DNA from: Candidatus Poribacteria bacterium
Lineage (GTDB): Bacteria > Poribacteria > WGA-4E > PCPOR2b
Direction: 5' to 3'
Length of the DNA: 64,000 nt
Assembly: GCA_965198175.1 (NCBI GenBank)
Contig: OZ240245.1
Coordinates: forward strand, 704,001 to 768,000
In this document: positions 20,176 through 28,895 of the stretch, one piece after another
Numbering within the stretch: the first letter of the stretch is position 1
Layout: every line of letters begins with the position of its first letter
Made by a program: the position numbers and the translations under genes
The notes under the pieces: generated by a model
Databases searched by the model: none
What the model saw: the letters and a program-made list of their open reading frames with translations, nothing else
Told to the model about the DNA's origin: nothing

Positions 20176-21678
20176 ATGGCGAAAGCTATTGTGGCAAGAA
20201 GAAAAGGAGATGAATACCAAGCTAGAGTCTTCTGGTTAAAGATGCTTGAATTGAGAATTGGTGATTATGTGGAATCCGTGACCCTCGAAAGCGACCAAGT
20301 ATCTTTCGTCGATGATGTTGTCGTTTCCTACTGTAAGCCAAAGGTGGAAAAACAGACAGGTAAGCGAATTGTACGTGATTTTTTTCAGTGTAAGTATCAC
20401 ATGACGCAAGCCAACGCATTCAACCATGAAAATCTAATCGCCCCGGATTTTATCAACTGCAAGAACTCCATGCTACAACGTTTGTATGATGCGTATGAAA
20501 GCTTGTCAAGAGAGTTAGGTCAAGATTCTTTTCGAGTGTACATTTTCTCCAACTGGCACTGGGATCATCGAGACGCCATCGCTAAGCATTTACATGAGGA
20601 AATCATTCGTCCAACTTTTTATGAAAAAGGAGCGCAATCCCGGGAGGGTAGGGTACGCTCAAAATGGGCAGAGCATCTTTCGATATCGAATGAAAAACTC
20701 TCTGAATTCTTAAACACTGTCCGGTTCAATCTTGGAAGAAGTCTCACAGATTTGGAAAGTGAAATGCGACTACGTCTAGCGTTAGGTGGGCTACAGCCAA
20801 TTGACTCAACCGTGACTAACATCATTTACGATGACCTTGCGTGGAAGCTTTTTGGGCAGGGGCGTAATGCGTTTGACAGAAATTCTTTTTTGAAGATGAT
20901 ACATGAAGAAAAACTAATAGCTCAACGAGTCGCAGAACATAGCGAAATCTCCATTCAAAGTTTTGCGCAGTTCGCACGGCGACCCAAAGATCTCCAAGTG
21001 GATCATCTTGACTTACGCCAATTTTTTGATGAGCGTCTTCCGAAAGATGATTCGAATTGGAACGATGAGATTGCTGAACAAATCTCGGCATTCATGCTTA
21101 ATGAACGCTTGAGCGATGTCCCTCAACCCATCCATATTTTCTTTGATTGTCATCTGAGCATCGCATTCTTCGCAGGGTATTTGGTTAGTCCCAAACATAG
21201 AATTCATTTAATTCCCACACAGAAGACAGGTAACAATTACGTTCTTTGGCCATCTAACGCACCCGCCAACAATGAAGACCTTTGGAAATTCAGAACTGTC
21301 GGTGAGATAGACAAGGAATTGGTTTTGGGAATTTCTGTGACGCATCAGATACAGAACAAACTAAAACCCTGCTTAAAAGCTGAAGGACTAAGCGAATTGC
21401 CTCAAATCTTAGTTTGTCCAACAGAGGGTGTCGGCCACAACGCTGTTTCTGGAGGAGACCATGCTTGGCAACTCGGATGTCAACTTGCTTCGTGGCTTCG
21501 CGACGATCTTCCACATACATGTCGCAAGATACACATCTTTTTTGCTGGTCCGGTCGCATTGGGCTATATACTTGGACACACACTACGTCATATCACAGCG
21601 GTTGTTCAACTGTATGAATTCGATTTTGAAGGACAGAGCGGGGAGCAAAGATATTACCCAAGTTTACGTATTCCATAA
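20176..21678 (+). CDS. cap4: CBASS effector Cap4 (restriction-fold endonuclease + SAVED)
   Basis: GDEYQARVFW, DDVV...FFQCKYH nuclease motif and SAVED C-terminus (HIFFAGP...YEFDF...YYPSL). Colinear with Enterobacter cloacae Cap4 as recalled. Confidence 0.92.
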   Translation: MAKAIVARRKGDEYQARVFWLKMLELRIGDYVESVTLESDQVSFVDDVVVSYCKPKVEKQTGKRIVRDFFQCKYHMTQANAFNHENLIAPDFINCKNSMLQRLYDAYESLSRELGQDSFRVYIFSNWHWDHRDAIAKHLHEEIIRPTFYEKGAQSREGRVRSKWAEHLSISNEKLSEFLNTVRFNLGRSLTDLESEMRLRLALGGLQPIDSTVTNIIYDDLAWKLFGQGRNAFDRNSFLKMIHEEKLIAQRVAEHSEISIQSFAQFARRPKDLQVDHLDLRQFFDERLPKDDSNWNDEIAEQISAFMLNERLSDVPQPIHIFFDCHLSIAFFAGYLVSPKHRIHLIPTQKTGNNYVLWPSNAPANNEDLWKFRTVGEIDKELVLGISVTHQIQNKLKPCLKAEGLSELPQILVCPTEGVGHNAVSGGDHAWQLGCQLASWLRDDLPHTCRKIHIFFAGPVALGYILGHTLRHITAVVQLYEFDFEGQSGEQRYYPSLRIP

Positions 21679-21706
21679 TAACTTTAACCATTAGGAGAGT
21701 CCCACC

Positions 21707-22834
21707 ATGGAATTACCAACCTATTTTACAAAATTCCTCCAGGAAATTCGTCCAACGGAGATTCAGAAGGAGAAATGCAAAACAGGGCATAAAACGCTAC
21801 GTAATCGACTCAAGGCAGATGAAAAGTTGAAACCGATTATCGTGAGTACATTTCTGCAGGGGAGTTACCGTCGCGCTACCGCCGTCCGCCCAAAAGGAGA
21901 AGCTAGCTTAGATGTAGACATCATCACCGTAACCCGACTGAGTCGATTTGATTACCCCAACCCGGATAAGGCTATGGATAAATTCGTGCCTTTCTTGGAT
22001 AAACACTACAAGGGTAAATATCAGAGACAGGGACGTTCCTTTGGAATTGAGCTTTCGTATGTCAATCTCGACCTTGTCATCACTTCGGCACCGTCCGAGG
22101 CGGAAGAGGAGATTTACGAAAGCAAGGCAGTCATGACAGACTTAACCCCTGAAGATGTGGATGATTGGCTATTTGTGAAGTCTTGGATTCCGCCGCATGA
22201 AAGGACAAATCAAATTGCGTTTCTGGAAACCCTCCATGGCGAGGAATGGAAAGCCGAACCACTGTGGATTCCTAACCGCGATGCTGGAGATTGGGAACGT
22301 ACGCATCCATTAGAGCAGATTAAATGGACGGCGAAAAAGAATGCACAGTGCAATAAGCATTATGTGAATGTCGTCAAGGCGATAAAATGGTGGCAGAGGA
22401 TTAATCATGAAGATGACCGCCCCAAAGGATATCCCCTTGAGCACCTCGTCGGGGTTTGTTGTCCTGACGGCATAAAGTCAGTTGCGGAAGGCGTTACACG
22501 GACGTTGGAAATGATCGTTGCAAATTACGAGTCGGAAGCTTGCAACAATCAGGTTCCCTATCTTCCTGACCACGGTGTCCCTTGCCACGATGTATTAGAG
22601 CGAGTGTCCGGAGAAGAGTTTGCTGAATTTTATGATCACGTGAAGGACGCGGCTAGATTAGCGCGAGAAGCTCTTGATGCTACCGACAAAAATAAGTCTA
22701 TTGAAAAATGGCGCGAGTTGTTTGGCAGTAAGTTTCCGGATTCAGATGATAACGGGGTTAAAGGGAACAGTTCGTCAGGTCCCTTCACCACCAAAAGTCC
22801 GAAGGGAGATACAAGGGTTCGGAGATATGGATAA
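21707..22834 (+). CDS. cdnD: CBASS cyclic oligonucleotide synthase, CD-NTase of the CdnD type
   Basis: STFLQGSYRRATAVRP, DVDII, LDLVIT, THPLEQIKWT, PKGYPLEH, WRELFGSKFP; C-terminus ends RRYG. Confidence 0.95.
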   Translation: MELPTYFTKFLQEIRPTEIQKEKCKTGHKTLRNRLKADEKLKPIIVSTFLQGSYRRATAVRPKGEASLDVDIITVTRLSRFDYPNPDKAMDKFVPFLDKHYKGKYQRQGRSFGIELSYVNLDLVITSAPSEAEEEIYESKAVMTDLTPEDVDDWLFVKSWIPPHERTNQIAFLETLHGEEWKAEPLWIPNRDAGDWERTHPLEQIKWTAKKNAQCNKHYVNVVKAIKWWQRINHEDDRPKGYPLEHLVGVCCPDGIKSVAEGVTRTLEMIVANYESEACNNQVPYLPDHGVPCHDVLERVSGEEFAEFYDHVKDAARLAREALDATDKNKSIEKWRELFGSKFPDSDDNGVKGNSSSGPFTTKSPKGDTRVRRYG

Positions 22835-24677
22835 AACATCCAACCAGAGCGAAATTCCTCAACTTGTGGTGGAGGCATATAATCTTCTACTGCAGCACCG
22901 GATTGTTGAAATTACCGATCCGATTCATCGAAAGCTTGACGAAGGTGCTCCGGGCTGGGTATTTGAGTGTGCAGTCAAAGTAACGTGTCCGAATCTGCAA
23001 AGTCTCCCCTGTGAAGTCTTCTTACGCGTTTTGGTACCCGGAGTATTTCCAAACGAACCAATCGAAGTCGTTCCTAAATCTGAAGAGGTGAGTGGATTTC
23101 CTCATCAGGAGTGGGAGTCGAGAAAGTTATGTTTGCCTGATGAACATCTTGCACCTCAGGACGCTTCCCGGCTTGTTTGCTACGTCAAATGGGCAATCGA
23201 ATGGCTAGAAGATGCGGCAATGGGTATGCTTCTTAAACCGGGCGACCGGTATGAATTACCTGACTTCCGCCACAAACTTCTGAATTCGCCACTTCTAACC
23301 AATTGTCCTTTGGTTTTCGAGGAATCGTCAAATTCTTACGAGCGTTGGGAATCTCATATTGGTACATCAGGACGCGTTGAGTGCTATTGGGGGTTTGGGG
23401 TTCAGGCGATATTCGCTGTCAGATTTTGCGATAATGGTGGTTTACTGATTAGAGAATCGGAATTCAGCCCGACCATCCTGAAAAAAGAAGGTATTATCAA
23501 CGGAAAATGGGTTCTTGTGCCTAATATATGCTATGAAAGACATCGCCCCCCTGAAACATTTGAAGAGATGGAAAACTTGTGTTCAAAAAATGGAGTGAAC
23601 TTCTATCAAATTCTCAAGGTCGCATGGCGGCTTTCAAATTCATGTAAATTTGGTGTTTTGCTCATTGGTTTTCCAATTCCCAAAATTGTTGGACAAGCTC
23701 CCATTGAAATCCATTGGCAACCACTTCTTTTCCCGAATTACGCCGATCCAACGAATCAACTAATTAAGCGCCGAAGCCAAGGACAATCTAGTAAATCGGA
23801 TCGAATTTGGCAGAAATTGATAAACGACGGATGTTTCTCACGATCTGAACACCTGCCGTGGGGAAAAGTTGAAAACGTAGCAAGCGAACGGTTGTATGCT
23901 AGAGGTTCTCATCCGTCAAAAGTCCAATCAACTCCGATCGCTTTTTTCGGTTGCGGCGCATTAGGAAGCGCTGTTGCAGAATTGCTTGCACGGGGCGGCG
24001 TAAAACGAGTTAATCTGTTTGACCCGGATTCAATAACGTTCGGTAATCTCTGCCGTCATACCCTTGATGGCTCCTCCGTCGGCTCAAATAAGGCCGAGGC
24101 GTTGGCGGAAAAACTTTCTCGTACGAATCCGCTTTCGACGATAATTGGACACGCTGTACGAATTCCGCTAGACTCACGGCAAGATGAGACAATGCGTCAG
24201 GCGCTTGCAGATGCTCATTTATTAGTTGACTGTACCACTAGTGAGGCAGCTTTCGATTGGTTGAATGAGTACGCCGTAGAAAACTGCAAGCGTTTAATTT
24301 CTTTGTTCTTCAATCTCCGTGCGGAATTGCTAACGATTTGTATATCAGGTGATTCCACGTCATGCGGAGACATATTTGCGGATTTAATGTGCTCTATACA
24401 AGAGGAACCGACACCGCTTCATCCCGATGTTTATTTTCACAAACCTTTACAGGAGGAAGAAGTTGTGGAGGGAGCAGGATGCTGGCATCCATGTTTTCCG
24501 GCCTTAAATACGCACGTCCATATTCTAGCGGCGCACGCTGTAGATATTTTCAGTCATACTATAGACTCAAACCAAAAAATAGGGCTTGCAGCAATTGTCA
24601 AGAGGCGGTCAGCACCGGAAAACAGTATCCAAGCGGGACCACTAGTGGAAGTGGTATGGACAAAAGAATACCCATGA
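22827..24677 (+). CDS. cap2: CBASS Cap2 (E2-E1/ThiF fusion)
   Basis: Start reassigned to ATG 22827 (8-nt overlap with cdnD). E2 FPHQ...KLCL; E1 GCGALGS, DPD...GNLCRH, GAGCWHP. Confidence 0.92.
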   Translation: MDKTSNQSEIPQLVVEAYNLLLQHRIVEITDPIHRKLDEGAPGWVFECAVKVTCPNLQSLPCEVFLRVLVPGVFPNEPIEVVPKSEEVSGFPHQEWESRKLCLPDEHLAPQDASRLVCYVKWAIEWLEDAAMGMLLKPGDRYELPDFRHKLLNSPLLTNCPLVFEESSNSYERWESHIGTSGRVECYWGFGVQAIFAVRFCDNGGLLIRESEFSPTILKKEGIINGKWVLVPNICYERHRPPETFEEMENLCSKNGVNFYQILKVAWRLSNSCKFGVLLIGFPIPKIVGQAPIEIHWQPLLFPNYADPTNQLIKRRSQGQSSKSDRIWQKLINDGCFSRSEHLPWGKVENVASERLYARGSHPSKVQSTPIAFFGCGALGSAVAELLARGGVKRVNLFDPDSITFGNLCRHTLDGSSVGSNKAEALAEKLSRTNPLSTIIGHAVRIPLDSRQDETMRQALADAHLLVDCTTSEAAFDWLNEYAVENCKRLISLFFNLRAELLTICISGDSTSCGDIFADLMCSIQEEPTPLHPDVYFHKPLQEEEVVEGAGCWHPCFPALNTHVHILAAHAVDIFSHTIDSNQKIGLAAIVKRRSAPENSIQAGPLVEVVWTKEYP

Positions 24678-25177
24678 ATCAATTTCCGCTGAGATGGCAG
24701 TCTGAATGCAAACAGTATACGGTGCTCATATCGGAGTCCTGCCTTCTTAAGATGGTTGGGATTGCACGGAAGTGTTATCCGAGCGAAGTAGGTACATCAT
24801 TGGTTGGATGTTATTCGGATGATGGCTATCGGGCCAGTGTTCTAGACTTAGCGCCCTTAAGTTCAGACTCAAAAGGTTCCCGAACTTCGTTTCATAGAGG
24901 CGTCGCTGGTTTACGAAGTTTCTATAAAAAGCTTCGAAGGATTTTCTCTGGCAAACGATATTATGTGGGCGAATGGCATAGCCATCCTGATGCCACTCCT
25001 ATTCCAAGCAATACAGATAACCGAAATCAGTTGGAGATTGCGGAGGATACAAAAACAAACTGTCCAGAATGTATTCTCATAATTATCGGCGGTTCACTTT
25101 CCAACTTTGATAATATAGGAGTTTTTGTTTATTCACGAAAGAACGGCCGGGTTATTCTCTACCATACGGATAAGTGA
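24674..25177 (+). CDS. cap3: CBASS Cap3 (JAB/JAMM peptidase)
   Basis: ATGA overlap with the cap2 stop; EVGT...YVGEWHSHP...PSNTD. Confidence 0.93.
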   Translation: MNQFPLRWQSECKQYTVLISESCLLKMVGIARKCYPSEVGTSLVGCYSDDGYRASVLDLAPLSSDSKGSRTSFHRGVAGLRSFYKKLRRIFSGKRYYVGEWHSHPDATPIPSNTDNRNQLEIAEDTKTNCPECILIIIGGSLSNFDNIGVFVYSRKNGRVILYHTDK

Positions 25178-25258
25178 AATGCGACTTGGCACACCGGACA
25201 TTTATTTTAAGGTAATCGTATTGCCTTCTAGGTACATGCACTCCTGAACAACAGCTCA

Positions 25259-25284
25259 AATCTGCGTCATCCGCGATTCAGACA
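25259..25284 (+). repeat. Intergenic repeat, partial copy 1
   Basis: aatctgcgtcatccgcgattcagaca matches the 26016 and 27376 copies. Confidence 0.75.
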
Positions 25285-25397
25285 ACATCAGAGAAGTGAA
25301 CCACCGGGCACAAGAAGAATCGCAACTTCAAGTGGTTTTGTTATCTGTCGGACAAGGGAGCGTCAAAAGGTATTATTCCTGAAACGAAAACATTCGT

Positions 25398-25949
25398 ATG
25401 CACATTCAAGACCTGATTCTGTTCGTAATTGGAAGTGAGAATGAGAAAAAAAGCCTCCGGGGACGATCGACCCTCCAAAAGAAACTGTATTTCCTCTCGG
25501 TATTAAACAAAACCGACCTCGGCTTCCGACCACACTACTATGGACCTTATAGCAGTCTGGTTGCGGAAAATCTGGACATTCTAGTCTACGCACGATTTCT
25601 GAAAGAGATCACGGAGTCTTTTTCGACAGACCGAAATGTCTTTGGGGAAATTCGCCGCCATACCTATTTTTGGACATCCGACAGTGAAGCTGTGATGGGC
25701 GAGATTAAACAAAAGGAAGGATACGCGGATTGGAAACGAGCACTTGACACGTTTAACAGCCTCCCATTGGCGAGCGATTTTAATACGCTCTCAATCGCTG
25801 CGAATGTACATTACATTGTCCACCAGCAAGAGCGTATCAAACGCAAGCAGATTAAGAAAATTGCTAAAGCGTATGACTGGGATATCAATAAGCAAGAAAT
25901 TGCAGGTGTGCATTCATTTCTTGAAGCGATTTCGCAAATATCTGTGTGA
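25398..25949 (+). CDS. YwgA/Panacea(SocA)-like winged-helix protein
   Basis: LRGRSTLQKKLYFL and FRPHYYGPYS motifs. Confidence 0.7.
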   Translation: MHIQDLILFVIGSENEKKSLRGRSTLQKKLYFLSVLNKTDLGFRPHYYGPYSSLVAENLDILVYARFLKEITESFSTDRNVFGEIRRHTYFWTSDSEAVMGEIKQKEGYADWKRALDTFNSLPLASDFNTLSIAANVHYIVHQQERIKRKQIKKIAKAYDWDINKQEIAGVHSFLEAISQISV

Positions 25950-26015
25950 AATTCCACTTGACCGCAAGGGAATTTACAATTCCCATCGATGAGAAACCGT
26001 AGACTTAATTCGCTT

Positions 26016-26053
26016 ATCCTTTAATCTGCGGCAATCCGCGATTCAGACATTAG
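26016..26053 (+). repeat. 38-bp intergenic repeat, copy 2
   Basis: ATCCTTTAATCTGCGGCAATCCGCGATTCAGACATTAG; one mismatch to copy 3. Confidence 0.9.
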
Positions 26054-26075
26054 TAAATTGATTTGGGAATTAGCC

Positions 26076-27299
26076 ATGTTTAGTAGTCTGACCGAACTCA
26101 CTGGAAAAATATATCTGGGAGAAGACTCAACAATTGAATTCAAAAGGGAGTTGCCTCACAGAGAGAGTCTCGCCGATGAAATCGCTGCGTTTGCCAACGC
26201 GAACGGTGGGGTGATACTGATCGGTGTTGATGACGATAACGACGTTGTCGGTATTGACCGACAGGATCTGAACAGGACAGAGAAAACAGTGGTTGAAATA
26301 TGCGGAGACGACATTGACCCCATGGTTCACATTGTTACAGAAAAACTGCGGATTGATAATAAAAATCTGTTAAAAATCGAAGTGCCTCGGAGCCCGTTTG
26401 TTCATAAATCATCTAACGGTTATTTCATCCGCCAAGTTAGCAGCAAAAGAGAGATGACTACCGAGCAGTTGGGGCGATTGTTACAAAGCCGATCGCAGGC
26501 ACCTAGAATCTCTTTTGATGAGCAGTTCGTGCCGAACACTCACAAAGACACATTAAGGGAAAAGCTATACCAGCGATTTATCACAGAAGGAGTAACGGAC
26601 CGTGGGAAGATAGAAAATCTGCTACTTAAAAGACGCTTGCTGGTCAAAGATGGTCAGGAGTACTGCGCCTCGGTAGCCGGTCTGCTGATGTGCCATGATA
26701 GCCCCGACGATTACCTGTATAACAGTTTCATTCAAGCCGTTTTTTATAATGGCGTGGAAAAGGATGCGAATTACCAGCTTGACGCCAAAGATTTTAGAGG
26801 ACCGCTCGACCAGCAGATTGTGGATGCATTCAAATTTGTCGAAAGATACAACCAGGTATCGGCTCGCAAGGACGTTGGCAGAATAGAACGGTCACAATAC
26901 AGCATGAGAGCTGTTTTTGAGGCAGTGGCTAATGCAGTTGTACATAGAGATTATTCAAAAGCCGGATCGAAGATTCGTCTGTTTATGTTCACCGACCGGC
27001 TGGAACTCTATTCGCCGGGCGCATTGGCAAATACCTTAGCAGTGGACGATTTGCGCTACAACCAAGCAACCCGTAACGAACTCCTCGCACGCCTACTTTC
27101 TGAAACTACGCTTGACGATAATATGGGCAGGCAGGTAACAAGGCGGCACTTTCTTGAGCGTAGAGGTGAAGGGGTCGGAATCATTCTCAATGAAAGCCAG
27201 GCGCTTAGCGGCAAAACCCCTTTATATGAACTCTTCGGCGAGGAGTTGCGTTTGACCATTTTCGCTGCGAAGTCCCTACAGGATAGCGATGAGACCTAA
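26076..27299 (+). CDS. Schlafen/AlbA_2 domain + HATPase_c_4 (RecG-C-like) protein
   Basis: GEDSTIEFK, IAAFANANGGVILIGVDD, EAVANAVVHRDY, LELYSPG, ERRGEG; ATG at 26076. Confidence 0.88.
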   Translation: MFSSLTELTGKIYLGEDSTIEFKRELPHRESLADEIAAFANANGGVILIGVDDDNDVVGIDRQDLNRTEKTVVEICGDDIDPMVHIVTEKLRIDNKNLLKIEVPRSPFVHKSSNGYFIRQVSSKREMTTEQLGRLLQSRSQAPRISFDEQFVPNTHKDTLREKLYQRFITEGVTDRGKIENLLLKRRLLVKDGQEYCASVAGLLMCHDSPDDYLYNSFIQAVFYNGVEKDANYQLDAKDFRGPLDQQIVDAFKFVERYNQVSARKDVGRIERSQYSMRAVFEAVANAVVHRDYSKAGSKIRLFMFTDRLELYSPGALANTLAVDDLRYNQATRNELLARLLSETTLDDNMGRQVTRRHFLERRGEGVGIILNESQALSGKTPLYELFGEELRLTIFAAKSLQDSDET

Positions 27300-27375
27300 A
27301 GAAGAAGTAAAGCGCCGATCCCGATGAAGAATAGCGATGTACGTGTAACCATCTCAAACGAATTCCATCCGCGTA

Positions 27376-27413
27376 ATCCTTTAATCCGCGGCAATCCGCG
27401 ATTCAGACATTAG
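27376..27413 (+). repeat. 38-bp intergenic repeat, copy 3
   Basis: ATCCTTTAATCCGCGGCAATCCGCGATTCAGACATTAG, preceded by an extra ATCCGCGTA unit. Confidence 0.9.
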
Positions 27414-27639
27414 GTTCTGTTGACATTTGATAGTAGTGTAGGTCGAAGACGCTCCGAACTGAGTTGGGGTGAACCTCACTCATAAAACACACCAAGGCAC
27501 TCCACTTCGATGTATTTCCTCAAAGGGTGCTTCGCATAAAACGTTGAAAAAAACTCAGATATCAGGAATTGGTGGCTTGAAATGACTAAGGTGACGGGGG
27601 CGGGAGTGTAAACCCGTGTAAGAGGTAGCCTTGAGCTTG

Positions 27640-27770
27640 TTATCTATCTTGAAATTCTTCCCAAGATAGGTCTAAATCACGAACCACTTTCGGTGAGAAC
27701 CGCGTTTTGGGCGGGATAATTCTTGGCAACCAAGAGTTCTAAGCCTCTTTGACAGTTTCCGATAGTTCAT
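27640..27770 (-). pseudogene. hicA: hicA toxin with an internal deletion and frameshift
   Basis: MNYRKLSKRLRTLGCQELSRPKRGSHRKWF is joined out of frame to RDLDLSWEEFQDR*; the central part of HicA is missing. Confidence 0.8.
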
Positions 27771-28143
27771 GTGGCACTGTTGCCTCAAACACGTAAGGCA
27801 GTGGATACTTGTCAGTTTTATTGGGAGTTTTTGTCGCAAACAAAGAAGCTATATCAGTTGCTGTCCAATCATCTTTTGGAAGTTGTTGCCAAAATTTTGG
27901 GAAAGACACATTTGCGTTTGGGTAAACAATACTATCTGGTATTTCTTTACCCAAATCTTCATATAGCTCTATTGTTGCAACAAAAGCATCTAAGGTTTGG
28001 TGTAGAGCCTCTTCTATAGTATTACCTTGAGTTGCTAATTCTGGTAATTCTTCACACGTTACCATATAGCAACCTTCCGGTTGTAAAGCTAGATTAACTG
28101 TAATTCTATAGCAAACCTTGCCTGTATTATATCGCCCTTCCAT
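27739..28143 (-). CDS. hicB: HicB-family antitoxin with a C-terminal extension
   Basis: YMVTCEELPELATQGNTIEEAL...YEDLGKEIP; overlaps the hicA start. Confidence 0.85.
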   Translation of the reverse strand: MEGRYNTGKVCYRITVNLALQPEGCYMVTCEELPELATQGNTIEEALHQTLDAFVATIELYEDLGKEIPDSIVYPNANVSFPKFWQQLPKDDWTATDIASLFATKTPNKTDKYPLPYVFEATVPHELSETVKEA

Positions 28144-28223
28144 TTGCTTTGCCTTTCAAAGAGTGACTGGTTTTGAATCTTGAAGCAACAACGCGGCACG
28201 AGAGTTCCGTCTACTTCCGCTCA

Positions 28224-28253
28224 ATTTTAACACTATATGTAGTATAGTGTCAA
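28224..28253 (-). promoter_or_regulatory. hicBA promoter with a palindromic operator
   Basis: Minus strand TTGACA-18 bp-TAAAAT; contains the perfect inverted repeat ACACTATA-n5-TATAGTGT (28230-28250). Confidence 0.7.
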
Positions 28254-28377
28254 TAAATACAACAAACCCCACAATTTTGTTAGCTGTCATCGGTATTATG
28301 TGCTAAGCTAAAATACTGAATATGTGCGGTGAATGGCGAACCGCCGACCGCGGTATTGGTGGCGGCGGAGGTTCCAG

Positions 28378-28790
28378 TGCCAACTCGAACGGTGGGGTGA
28401 TACTGATCGGTGTTGACGATTATAGCGAAATTGTCGGTATTGACCGCCAGGATCTCGACAGGACAGAGAGAACAGTGGTGGAAATATGTAGAGACAACAT
28501 TGACCCTATGGTTCACATTGTTACAGAAGAACTGCGGATCGATGACACGAATCTGTTGAAAATAGATGTGCCGCCAAGCTTGTTTGTACATAAATCTTCT
28601 GGACGTTATTTTGTTCGCGTAGCAAGTAGCAAGGCGACACTTTCCGGAGCGTAGGGGTGAAGGAGTCGGAATCATTCTCAATGAGAGCAACGCGCTTAGC
28701 GGTAAAACCCCTGCATATGAACTCTTCGGCGAAGAATTGCGCTTGACCATTTTCGCCGCAAAATCCTTGCAAGATAGCGATGAGACCTAA
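28378..28790 (+). pseudogene. Internally deleted, 5'-truncated paralog of the AlbA-HATPase gene
   Basis: 28378-28630 aligns by eye to 26192-26445, then jumps to about 27135-27299. Similarity continues through the 3' flank to a partial repeat at 28855-28873. Confidence 0.9.
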
Positions 28791-28895
28791 AGGGAAATAA
28801 GGCGCCGAGTCCGATGAAGAATAGCGATGAACCTGTCTCATCTCAAACGAATTCAATCCGCGTAATCCCTTTACGCTACACTTGGCAACAAATCC

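Noticed and set aside
22674..22826. ORF-track N-terminal extensions of cap2 (also cap3, MoxR, the D12 MTase and DUF4377)
   Set aside because: They overlap upstream genes or lack an RBS; downstream ATGs with coupling or RBS fit the families better.
25259..27413. CRISPR array or integron attC array
   Set aside because: The spacing is gene-sized, the repeat lacks RYYYAAC/GTTRRRY ends and dyad symmetry, and no cas or intI gene is present.
27411..27429. IS6-like terminal repeat GGTTCTGTTG, with a similar 18-mer near 38079
   Set aside because: No transposase, no inverted partner and no target duplication were found.
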